DNA of 64,000 nt, taken from positions 544,001 to 608,000 of the forward strand of contig CBDCYI010000005.1 of assembly GCA_965224085.1 (NCBI GenBank), in the 5' to 3' direction. Below the pieces are notes generated by a model, which ran no database searches, was not told the DNA's origin, and worked only from the letters and a program-made list of their open reading frames with translations. Positions 30,836-39,605 of this stretch are shown here, piece after piece. Position numbers and translations under genes: made by a program. How positions within the stretch are numbered: the stretch's first letter is position 1; each line of letters starts with the position of its first letter. The DNA comes from Candidatus Marinacidobacterales bacterium. GTDB lineage: Bacteria; Acidobacteriota; Vicinamibacteria; Marinacidobacterales; SMYC01.

Positions 30836-31138
30836 ATGGTAGAGGACCGTATCGATAAAGCTACTAAATGGGCCACCACCCACGAGGCGTGCGGTGGCAA
30901 TGTAGAGCCGAAGGAACCCTCCCGTGAGGATTTCAAAATAGTCGGTGGCGTATTGTTAGGCTCGTACCGCGAGGTTACTTGCACCGGTTGCGGCGGGCTT
31001 TATCGTGACTTTGTGCCGATGGAGCAGGCCCTGGAGCGTGTCGCGTTCCTCGAGGAAATATGCAAGAAAGAGGGGATTAACCTCGAACCTCGAATTCCTC
31101 CCAGCAATGCTCTTCTGCCTCTTGATTCTCGGTTTTAA
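30836..31138 (+). CDS. Hypothetical Zn-ribbon protein; 3' end probably chimeric
   Basis: HEACGG...CTGCGG; follows the stub with RBS GAGG. Confidence 0.45.
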   Translation: MVEDRIDKATKWATTHEACGGNVEPKEPSREDFKIVGGVLLGSYREVTCTGCGGLYRDFVPMEQALERVAFLEEICKKEGINLEPRIPPSNALLPLDSRF

Positions 31139-31631
31139 TCGACTTGGGTTTGTTCTCGACGAGTTCAGCCGGATTGACGAGGATCTTTTTCTTGCGCTGT
31201 GCGAGCTTCAGAATGTTGAAAATAATCGCCGAGTGTTGTTCTAGAGTTGATTGAGCGAGTGTCTCTTGTTTGTCGAAGTAGTATTCTTCTATGTGCTCGG
31301 GTTCGAGCTGTTGCAGACGAATCGAGCTTAGAGCTGGCTTGATGTGCAAGTCGAGGACGCTTCGATAGGTTTCTATCGTTCGCTGACTCTTGCGAGACTC
31401 GACGTAGGTTGAGAACCAAGTCTCTGACCATTCGCCAAATGTGAGCTTCGAGGGATCTACGTATTCACCACGGCGAACGTCACCGAGGAACTTGGTGATC
31501 TGATCTTCAACCTTTCGTTTGGTGCTCTCGGTGATGGTAAGTTGCTTGCGCCGTCCTGTCCCGGGATCTATACCCACGTCAATACGAGCGAACCAAGAAT
31601 TACCACGTTTTTTCGGTTTCGATCCTCTCAT
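31077..31631 (-). pseudogene. Integrase N-terminal part (arm-binding + core-binding), catalytic domain missing
   Basis: WFARIDVGIDPGTGRRKQ, LTFGEW, TIETYRSVLDLHIKPAL, NPAELV; premature stop. Confidence 0.8.
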
Positions 31632-31984
31632 GCTGTCATTCCTAGCCGTTTGTAGATCTCAATTCGGGAGATTCGGATCACACGTTTTCTTCCGTAACGC
31701 TCAGCGGGAAGCTCTCCGCCGTTGACCATTTCACGCACGAGACCGGGACTGATATTTAGCGCGTCTGCGGTCTGCTGTACATCGCACATATCCGGAAGGC
31801 TCTCGATCTTAATCTGTCGTTTGATTCTTCGTTGCTTGGCGCGGGAGAGGCGCTCGATGAGGGTTAGAGTACGAGGACCGAAGATAGCTTCCTCGCGCTC
31901 CCATTGCTGCTCGGCGAACTCATAGCCATCTTCGAAGTGCTGACGCCATGCGGGATCGTCGACCATTGGTTTATGCGCGCTCAT
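31628..31984 (-). CDS. Excisionase-like HTH protein
   Basis: DVQQTADALNISPGLVREMVNGGELPAERYG..IRI; ATGA-coupled to the integrase. Confidence 0.75.
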   Translation of the reverse strand: MSAHKPMVDDPAWRQHFEDGYEFAEQQWEREEAIFGPRTLTLIERLSRAKQRRIKRQIKIESLPDMCDVQQTADALNISPGLVREMVNGGELPAERYGRKRVIRISRIEIYKRLGMTA

Positions 31985-32169
31985 GAGATTCCCCCTCTAG
32001 CAGCTACTAATCCACCTTCGTCACTGGGGACGTAGTAGTACTCTCCGAGCCTGCCGTGGCATACAGAACACAGCAGCGTTCCATCATCACACCCGTTCGG
32101 TATGCCGTGGCATACAGAACACAGCAGCGTTCCATCATCACACCCGTTCGGTATGTTCATCCATCTCAT
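31981..32169 (-). CDS. Small Cys-rich protein with an internal duplication
   Basis: IPNGCDDGTLLCSVCHG x2; coupled to the xis-like gene. Confidence 0.45.
   Translation of the reverse strand: MRWMNIPNGCDDGTLLCSVCHGIPNGCDDGTLLCSVCHGRLGEYYYVPSDEGGLVAARGGIS
32052..32155. repeat. Perfect 51-bp tandem duplication
   Basis: Units start at 32052 and 32103. Confidence 0.95.
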
Positions 32170-32429
32170 GTTGTTTCATCCTTCCGTTGATGTCGGAGTC
32201 AATTGATTGTGCGTAGTTTGTACCGTGCCGTGTCTGTTGCTACTCGCTACGAAGCTCTAACTCCATGTTCTTCAAGCGCCAACGCATCGCTTTGACCCGC
32301 TCTTGTGGCTCGCGAATGTCGGCGCTCTCAATCCGAATCGACTCTTGAAGCTGCTCTTTTGTTGCTGTATCGATTCGATGAATTGCTCCGAGTCGATTCG
32401 GATGAACGCCGGAATCGCCATTTTTTTAT

Positions 32430-32498
32430 CGTGGGTGGCATTGGCTGCTCCCTATCGAACACTACCTTCTTTACCGTGGGTGGCATTGGCTGCTCCCT
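32430..32498. repeat. 24-bp direct repeat (RBS + ATG on the minus strand)
   Basis: CGTGGGTGGCATTGGCTGCTCCCT at 32430 and 32475. Confidence 0.85.
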
Positions 32499-32523
32499 CT
32501 TTCTGTTTGGTGGCCAGGATTGG

Positions 32524-32718
32524 CTACTTCTTTCGCGTCCGTCGTGCAAGGTGAGTAACCAAGACGTCACGGACATAATCGGAGAGCGTGCGATCCGCTA
32601 GGGATGCTCTGCGTTCCAGTAGCTGCTTAATTTCATCCTCGACCAACACGATGACGCGCGAAGATCTAGGTTTGCTTCCTACAAGTGGTCGTCCGCCTAG
32701 ATTGTTTCGTCTTGCCAT
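32524..32718 (-). CDS. Ribbon-helix-helix DNA-binding protein
   Basis: GGRP...RVIVLVEDEIKQLLERRA...TLSDYVR. Confidence 0.65.
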   Translation of the reverse strand: MARRNNLGGRPLVGSKPRSSRVIVLVEDEIKQLLERRASLADRTLSDYVRDVLVTHLARRTRKK

Positions 32719-33025
32719 AACTCGATTATAAGTGGTTTCAGGTAAGTTAACTCCCGAGCGATTCACATTTTTTTTATCCTGTGGAGGGGCGACAAGTAAC
32801 TGGAGATGAGTAAGTTGCAGTAGATTGTCTTATCGCGGGCGTGGGGAGGTGATATAGGAACGCGAATTGTCATATGAGCAACATAAAGTGTCATATAGGA
32901 TCAAGCAATCGAGTCGAAAGTCGCCATGAGGACATTTGAGCGCATTCGGCAATGCAACCATCGATTGAAGATCTCCTTCAAGACACTATGGTGCGCACAT
33001 ACCAAAAGGCGGCACCTTTCGAAAT

Positions 33026-33415
33026 CTACCGCCCCATCTTCGTTGCGATCCTGTCAGCCAGGCCGGGAAGAGAGGCGTTCGCAGCCCGCTCAAGGAATTT
33101 TGCTTTGCTCGGGTGGGTCTCATGCACAATGGTGGCGTAGTCCACAAACTCGCCTCGTACGCTAGCGCCACCAAACGCGACCTCGAATCGGATTCCTCGT
33201 GCAGAAGCACTCCGCACTAGGTGGCCAGAATCGCGAAGCCGCCCGGTATCGACAGGAGCCCGCTCTTTGGCGTCCTTGAGCAACGAACGCAGCTCTGCCT
33301 CAGTTTCTGTCGCGATGTTCTTCAAGATGTCTTTGCCGAATGTCTCCATGGACGTTGAGATGCGCCTCGTCTCACGCTGTAGTCGACGTGTATCGATTAG
33401 TGACTTCCTAGGCAT
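33026..33415 (-). CDS. HK97 gp10-like phage morphogenesis protein
   Basis: AKERAPVDTGRLRDSG, YATIVHE, KFLERA. Confidence 0.75.
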   Translation of the reverse strand: MPRKSLIDTRRLQRETRRISTSMETFGKDILKNIATETEAELRSLLKDAKERAPVDTGRLRDSGHLVRSASARGIRFEVAFGGASVRGEFVDYATIVHETHPSKAKFLERAANASLPGLADRIATKMGR

Positions 33416-33802
33416 AGCAACTCGTCTTTGTTAGCGGTCAGCACGCGAGCGTGCAGGAGAACGCTCGCCCGCAAACTGGTGGGGTGCTGCGGGACACATC
33501 ATCGATAGGAGGCCAACCGTGATGAGTCGTGCTGCCGCCATCTCCGTCACGCTCTACTCGGTGTTGGCCTCGGACTGACGCAGCCACACCTGCTGAGCCA
33601 ACGGTGACGATTCCAATTTCGAGACAGCATCCTCAAGAATGTTTTGAATCTTGCTGTGATCTACCGGAGCGGCCTTCTCCACACGCGGGCCTTCTCCTGA
33701 TCGTTCGCCGTAGATTTCGGGATTGTCGGCAAGGTACCGAACAATCGCCATCGGCTCGCTCTCGTTCGGATAGCTCTCGGTGGCTTCTTTCTCGAGAGCT
33801 AC

Positions 33803-35050
33803 ATGGACGCTGGCAACGAGGCTCGTTGGACGGCCAAGCGAGGTGATTTCCTCGCTATGTGCGCAATCAATCAGATCAGATCAAAGAGACCTTCTGAGAA
33901 TCCTTTTCAATCACGGACCGCTCATGTTGTCCGGTCGTTGAAGCATCCAGACGAGGTCCGGACGCTGCGGCGCGTATACGGTTCAGGATTCTTCCTAATC
34001 GGAATATTTGGCAGCGAACAATCGCGGCTAACATTCTTGACGGAGGACAAAGGAATTGGAAAACAGAAAGCGAAGAAGCTCGTCCGACGCGATGCCAGCG
34101 AGGAGAATGAGCTTGGTCAGCGCACCAAGGATACGTTCCACTTGTCGGATTTTTTTGTATATCTTCACGCGGATGACACCAGGCGTAAGAAAGAAATCTG
34201 GCGTCGTCTAGAACTGATTTTCGCCAATCCCTTTGTGACAACGACTCCGGACGAGTATGCGATGTATCTCGCACACGCAGCGTCGCTGCGATCCGCGGAT
34301 CTATCTCGCGAGGTTGGCGCTGTCATTATGTCGAAGGACAACGACATCATTGCGACTGGGGCGAATGACGTACCCACCGCACGGGGAGGCTTGTACTGGC
34401 CGGGTGCGAACGACCGTAGAGATTACAAGATGGGATACGATTCGAATGCGCGCATTCGGAACGAGATCATCATCGACGTTATGAAACGATTGCATCCAGA
34501 GGCTTCAGCGATGGATGAGGCAACCTTGTTGGCGCGAGGAAAAGAACGGCTTAGAGGCAGCGAGCTTTTAGGTATTACCGAGTACGGGCGGGCGGTACAC
34601 GCCGAGATGGAGGCAATCCTCCATTGCAGTCGTGTCGGGGTGACACCTACGAACGGGACACTTTATTCGACCACGTTTCCGTGTCACAATTGCGCGAAGC
34701 ATATTGTAGGTGCCGGGATTAAGCGTGTTGTATTCATTGAACCTTATCCAAAAGGCCGCGCCGAGGAGCTTCATTCCGACTCGATTCTCATTGGACCGGC
34801 AAAAAGAAGTCCCAAGAAAGTAGTTTTTGAACCTTTCTTTGGAATTGGGCCTAGGCGATTCTTTGATCTTTTCTCAATCAGGCTGGGCTCCGGTTTCCCC
34901 TTGAGGCGCGCAGAAAAGGGTAGGAAGGTGGAATGGAAAAAAAAGGGGGCACAGCCCCGTATTCCGATGCTCCCAACTTCGTATCTTGACAGAGAGACTT
35001 TCATCGCGGATGAGCTGAATGGGCTAATTCCTGAGGGAGACGAGAAATGA
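33803..35050 (+). CDS. Anti-phage dCTP deaminase (AvcD/Dcd-like), apparently 5'-truncated
   Basis: SLKHPDEV, LRSADLSREVGA, GANDVP, YGRAVHAEMEA, TTFPCHNCAKHIV, IEPYPK. Confidence 0.88.
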   Translation: MDAGNEARWTAKRGDFLAMCAINQIRSKRPSENPFQSRTAHVVRSLKHPDEVRTLRRVYGSGFFLIGIFGSEQSRLTFLTEDKGIGKQKAKKLVRRDASEENELGQRTKDTFHLSDFFVYLHADDTRRKKEIWRRLELIFANPFVTTTPDEYAMYLAHAASLRSADLSREVGAVIMSKDNDIIATGANDVPTARGGLYWPGANDRRDYKMGYDSNARIRNEIIIDVMKRLHPEASAMDEATLLARGKERLRGSELLGITEYGRAVHAEMEAILHCSRVGVTPTNGTLYSTTFPCHNCAKHIVGAGIKRVVFIEPYPKGRAEELHSDSILIGPAKRSPKKVVFEPFFGIGPRRFFDLFSIRLGSGFPLRRAEKGRKVEWKKKGAQPRIPMLPTSYLDRETFIADELNGLIPEGDEK

Positions 35051-35220
35051 AAAAGGCTCGCAAAGCGACCGAGAAGGAGATCAAGGAATTTCGCACTGCC
35101 GCTAAGCTGGCTTCCCAAGAGGTGGCGAATTGGCCTGAGTGGAAAAAGACAGGACTCAAATTGGCGTCCCGTGAGGATTCCCGCAAAAATGCTGACAAAG
35201 TCACTGAGGAGCCGAGTTGA
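35047..35220 (+). CDS. 57-aa basic peptide translationally coupled to the dCTP deaminase
   Basis: ATGA overlap with GGGAGA upstream; MKKARKATEKEIKEFRTAAKLASQEVANWPEWKKTGLK... Confidence 0.65.
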   Translation: MKKARKATEKEIKEFRTAAKLASQEVANWPEWKKTGLKLASREDSRKNADKVTEEPS

Positions 35221-35611
35221 CACGCGACAATTCCTAGATCGCTTTTCTAAACAGCAAGGGGAGCCATCGATCACTACGGACAATCGCGGGTTGTCCGAAA
35301 CCCCGACACAGGGGGGGTATCGCGGGAGCGCGCTGGCCGCTGACAAGCGATCCCTGGGAAGCCAAGGGATTCCCCCAAGAACTGTTAAACACGTTTGCAG
35401 CGGAAGTCCAGGTGTCGGATTATTGACGTGGGTCAGGGTCGGTTTATCCAGATCAATGCCTTGGCGACTGTCTTGTCAGTAACGGAAATCCGAGCGGCGA
35501 TTCTACGTAGACTTAGGCCGAGGGCGTGCAACTGCGCTACCTGGCCAGCAATACGTTGATAAAGAGGTGGCTCCACAGTCTCGAGCAAGGCGACCTCCAG
35601 AGTAATCTCCG

Positions 35612-35645
35612 CCGTGGTTCGAATTCTTTGCGTCCGTGTCCACCA
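35612..35645 (+). other. Degenerate att site (displaced tmRNA/tRNA 3'-like fragment)
   Basis: GGTTCGAATTC...TCCACCA, followed by sequence homologous to the ssrA flank. Confidence 0.55.
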
Positions 35646-35656
35646 ATCAAAGTACT

Positions 35657-35884
35657 CTAGTTCCTCACCTTAGCTTTTTCGTCCAAACCCGTCTCCACAA
35701 TGTCTCCACTTTCAGAGACGGGATTGCGGTTCTCCAGCAAACGGATCGCGCTTACGACTGCGGCCGGACTCAAGTGCATGTAGCGCTGTGTCGTTGTGAT
35801 GTCCTTGTGGCCGGCAAGCTCCTGAATCGCCCGGGCTGGTGCTCCGCGCATCGCGAGGTGCGAACAAAACGAATGACGAAGCAC
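35657..35884 (-). pseudogene. Tyrosine integrase C-terminal stub (copy 2)
   Basis: [37 protein letters not shown]; 189/230 nt identical to copy 1 by manual count. Confidence 0.85.
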
Positions 35885-35888
35885 GGGT

Positions 35889-36129
35889 TGTGGTTTCCAT
35901 TTACTCGTCCGGGCGCGTCCCTATTGATCTTTCTCGGCTGTGGCGGTCACTATGCCTTCATGCTCCGATCGCTCCTGTGCTCACTCATCTCGGCGTTCAA
36001 GACGCACCGCTCGCTGGCGCTCGAGAATCTCGCCCTTCGGCAGCAGCTCGCTGTGCTCCAGCGCTCGGTGAAACGGCCACAAATCTCGGATCTTGACCGC
36101 GGTTTCTGGGTGCTCTTGTGCCGATTCTC
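35889..36129 (+). mobile_element. 5' fragment of an rve-type (IS481/IS3-like) IS
   Basis: TGTGG end; ORF from 35960 MLRSLL...LALENLALRQQLAVLQRSVKRP..DRGFWV, cut by the next IS. Confidence 0.6.
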
Positions 36130-37216
36130 TGCCTTGGTGCACAACTCGCGATCTCGGTCCACAATTGTCCTGTACTCGCGGATACGAGGTTCCCCATGAG
36201 CATTTTCAAACGCACTCAGCGGAAGTATGTGAAGAAGGCCTATCGCGTGAGGAATTGGCGTGAATATGAGGCGGGTCTACGCAACCGCGGGAGCCTGACC
36301 GTCTGGATCTCGCTCACCGCCGGCAAGCTTGTGAACTGGGACGCGCCCTGGCCAAGGAGGAGGAAACCGGGCCGTCAACGCAAGTAGTCGAACCACGCCA
36401 TCGAGACGGCTGTCACCCTGGGCATGGTGTTTCATCTGTCGTCTAGGCAGAGCGAGGGATTGCTGCGATCGTTGTTCGCTCTGATGAAGCTAGACAATGA
36501 TGTGCCCGATCACACCACGATCTCGAGGCGCAAGGCGAAGCTGGGTAAGGTCCCCTTCTACCAAGACAAGCAGAAGACGCCGTTGCACATCTTGATCGAC
36601 AGCAGCGGTCTCGCTGTCCACGCCGGCCAGCTGCGCAGAGCACCAAATAGCAGGGACTATCGCAAGCTCCATCTGTGTGTCGACGAGCAGAGTGGCGAAG
36701 TCGTCGCCGGCGAGCTGACGAGCAAAAGAGCCCGCGATTCATCGCGGGTTGCATCGCTTGTCGGACAGAGCGACAGTCCCATCTCATCGGCCAGAGCTGA
36801 CACCGCATACGACGCCAGCGGCGTCTATGAGGCAATCGAGAATCACAGCGCTCATCGCTCGCCGAGGGTGCTGATACCGCCGCGCAAGGGCGCCCTGCTC
36901 GCATCGGGGCCGGCGAGCAGCCGACAGCGCAATCGCAACATTGCAGCACAAGCTCGGCTCGGCAAACGAAAGTGGCACACAGAATCGGGCTACAGCAAAC
37001 GGAGCAAAGTCGAGACAACGTTCCATCGCTACAAGGCTATCGTGGGCTCAGCGATGCGAGCGAGAGGGTTGGCGGCACAGAGAGTCGAGGCAAGGATCGG
37101 GTGCAAGATTCTCAACACCATGACGGCGCTCGGGATGCCTGATAGCGAGATGATCGGATGATGGGAGTCGGGGCCAAGCGAGCTCTCGGCCTCTATCGGA
37201 GTTGTGCACCAAGGCA
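36130..37216 (+). mobile_element. IS5-family (IS903-group) element
   Basis: Perfect 18-bp IR TGCCTTGGTGCACAACTC; no target duplication. Confidence 0.88.
36196..37161 (+). pseudogene. IS5 transposase with in-frame TAG at 36385
   Basis: YRVRNWREYEAGLRNRGSLTVW, VPDHTTISRR, IDSSGL, ADTAYD, GYSKRSKVET. Confidence 0.88.
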
Positions 37217-37672
37217 CCCGTCCGGTGTGATGAAGACGTTGTGAACGCCGCCAAGCGTCGGGATCCGCTTCACGACTTTCCCTTCGTCGAGGTGGATGAC
37301 GTCGACGAATGCGTCTTGCCGCGTGATGGCGACATAGATCTTACGCCCGTTCGGCGTGATGGCCACATTGTTGGGCCGGCCGGTGAGCGGGATCTGCTTC
37401 GACACTTTCAGGGTGTTCGTGGGAACGATGTCGAGTGTGTGGTCGACCTCATTGCTGAAGTAGAGCGCGCTTCCGTCGGGCGCCGAGGTCACGCCATGCG
37501 CCATGGGAAGCCCAGGGATTTCGTCCACGATCTCGTGGGTTGCCGGATCGATGATGTGAGCGTTGTCGCCTGCGGCGTTCGTTTGGATGATACGCACGGT
37601 TTGGGCCCCAAGGGGAGCCGCGAGAAAGAGTGTCGTCACCGATAGGCGAAGCGCTTTGGCCAGTTGGGTCAT
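37217..37672 (-). pseudogene. YncE/YVTN beta-propeller protein, 3'-truncated by the IS
   Basis: Signal peptide; repeats SAPDG, ITPNG, ITPDG ending at the IS terminus. Confidence 0.8.
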
Positions 37673-37731
37673 GTCTGCCCCCTTTGTGAGTCCGCTAGAC
37701 GGGCACAGCCTGTACGAATTCGGCGAAAGTT

Positions 37732-38712
37732 TCAACCGATATCGGCCTGCTCTTTCACATATTCCGCCGCTTGGCGATGGGTGGCGAACCAAACGCCGTC
37801 CTTGGTGCCTATATAGTCGATCAGCTCTCGCAAGATGACGATGCGGGAGCGGTGGCCGATATAGTGCGGGTGCATCGTGAGAAGGAACATCGTGCCTTCC
37901 TCGTAGGCGACGTCGAACTCGTCCTTGTAGACCTGAAGGACGTCGCGCGGCGCGCTGTAGCGGCCGCCTAGCGGGTTCAGGAGAGGCGCGTCGTCGAGGA
38001 TCCATTCGACGGGAAGCTCGATGAGCCCGGTGGGCTCGCCTGCCGTGTTGAGCTCGTAGGGGCGATCGTCCGCCATTAGAGAGCTGTCGTACAAGAAGCC
38101 GAGGTCCCGGATGATGCCGAGGGTGTTCGGGCTGAAGTTCCACGACGGAGCACGGTAGCCGACGGGGCGCTCTCCGGTGGCCTGCGTCAAGTAGTCCACG
38201 GCACGTTGGACGAGCTCACGTTCCACGTCGGCGGGGAGGTCCGAGTTTCGCTCGTGAATCCAACCGTGGACGGCGAACTCGTGGCGGCCGGATGACTGAA
38301 TCACGCCGCCCATTTGTGGGTTGAGCCTCAAGCTTTCCGAAGGGATGAAAAACGACGCGGGGATCTCGTGACGGTCGATGAGGCCAACGACGCGCTCAAG
38401 CGCGACGCGTGCGCCATACTCCCCTTGGGAGAGCGAGCCGATGGTGGGCTCTCCGTAGCGCAGCGCGATCGTCTCGTTGTCGACATCGAAGGAAAGCAGC
38501 ACCGCGACACGCGCGCCGCCGGGCCAGCTGTCTGGTTGGAGATTGCGGCCAGCGCGGACTTGGTTGACGGTCTCGTCGATCTGGTCGACCGTCCACTGCC
38601 AACCGGGGACGACGGTCTGTTGGTTTTCTACCTCGGCAGGGGGTGACGGCGACACGCAGGCGGTGGCGACGAAAGCTGCCGTCATCGCAGAGACAATGAG
38701 GTTGGTTTTCAC
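37732..38712 (-). CDS. Polysaccharide deacetylase (CE4) lipoprotein
   Basis: Lipobox ATAC; LSFDVD, HGWIHE, GYRAP, YDSS, TMHP. Confidence 0.9.
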   Translation of the reverse strand: MKTNLIVSAMTAAFVATACVSPSPPAEVENQQTVVPGWQWTVDQIDETVNQVRAGRNLQPDSWPGGARVAVLLSFDVDNETIALRYGEPTIGSLSQGEYGARVALERVVGLIDRHEIPASFFIPSESLRLNPQMGGVIQSSGRHEFAVHGWIHERNSDLPADVERELVQRAVDYLTQATGERPVGYRAPSWNFSPNTLGIIRDLGFLYDSSLMADDRPYELNTAGEPTGLIELPVEWILDDAPLLNPLGGRYSAPRDVLQVYKDEFDVAYEEGTMFLLTMHPHYIGHRSRIVILRELIDYIGTKDGVWFATHRQAAEYVKEQADIG

Positions 38713-38727
38713 GGGATTCTCCTGGGC

Positions 38728-38905
38728 TTAGTGGTTCGGCAGGACTTTGCTCGTCCCGACCGTGCGATTGACGCTGATGCGGCCATTGCTCATGACAAGG
38801 AGGGGGTTTTTGAGCACGGACGGTTGCTCGAGAGGATCTCGGTCGAAGACGAGCAACTCCGCCTCGAGGCCGGCTTCGATGGCTCCCGTCTGATCATCGT
38901 ACTCC
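38728..38905 (-). pseudogene. Amidohydrolase C-terminal remnant
   Basis: Manual translation TGAIEAGLEAELLVFDRDPLEQPSVLKNPLLVMSNGR. Confidence 0.55.
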
Positions 38906-38968
38906 TAAGTGCGGTGGTCGATCCCCGCAGGGCGAGGATATTAGCACTGGAGGCTTGGGAGCGAAAAG

Positions 38969-39385
38969 CTAGCCGTACTTTTTCTTCATGTACCCGTAGG
39001 ACTTCGTCACCAATTCCTTCAAAACCCTGGTGCCGAGGTCTTCCAGCTTATTGAAATACAAGCAGGACCTCCCCGTTTTGTGCTTCCCGAGCTTCTTCAT
39101 CAAGCTGCTGTAGCGCTCGAAGCCAGGCATGACGTAGACCACGAGGTTCTTGCTGCGGGGAGAAAAGCCCGTCATGAGCATATCTCCCTCACGGCCGGTC
39201 TCGTACTTGTAGTGATAGCTGCCGAAACCGACCATGCTGTCACCCCAGATCTTGGGTTTCTTGCGCGTGACCGACTTCATCATCTTCAAGAGCGCAAACG
39301 CGTCCCCGCGCTGTCTTTCGTTTTTCAGGCCTTTGAGAAACTTCTCGACGCTCGAATCGGTCGGTACGGTTTTCATGTTCGCCAC
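38969..39385 (-). CDS. DUF1801 (YdhG-like) protein
   Basis: WGDSMVGFGSYHYKY, GFSPR, KLGKHKTGRSCLY. Confidence 0.85.
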   Translation of the reverse strand: MANMKTVPTDSSVEKFLKGLKNERQRGDAFALLKMMKSVTRKKPKIWGDSMVGFGSYHYKYETGREGDMLMTGFSPRSKNLVVYVMPGFERYSSLMKKLGKHKTGRSCLYFNKLEDLGTRVLKELVTKSYGYMKKKYG

Positions 39386-39605
39386 GGACGGACTACTCCT
39401 TTTCGGGCGATCCAAATTTCGTGAGCGGCACGTCGACCCAGCTCTCGTTCTCCCACACTTGGAACAGCTCGCGGAGCTCGGACGAGTCTAAGCGCAGGAT
39501 GTGCCGTAGTAGTAATGATGTTGGGACGATGACCGAGTCGAGGTTGCGCAAGAGCCTTTAGACCTGTAAACTGCCTCTCCAGTAGGGGCTAGGGAGGCGA
39601 CCCTC

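Larger units (their letters stand above)
27466..37216. mobile_element. Decayed tandem genomic-island array integrated at the tmRNA 3' end
   Basis: Starts at the ssrA CCA; several integrase stubs, xis-like and phage genes, a defence gene and ISs; visibly more AT-rich. Confidence 0.8.

Noticed and set aside
31981-32169. CSVCH as heme-binding motifs
   Set aside because: No export signal; phage context favours Zn binding, and the second copy is a duplication
32052-32498. Repeats as a CRISPR array
   Set aside because: Only two copies of each, no spacer series and no cas genes
35560-35645. tRNA gene
   Set aside because: Only T-loop-like and CCA fragments; no cloverleaf could be formed
36385-36387. 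Programmed TAG readthrough (pyrrolysine)
   Set aside because: A single Tyr-to-stop change in a decayed IS is simpler, and no pyl genes are seen
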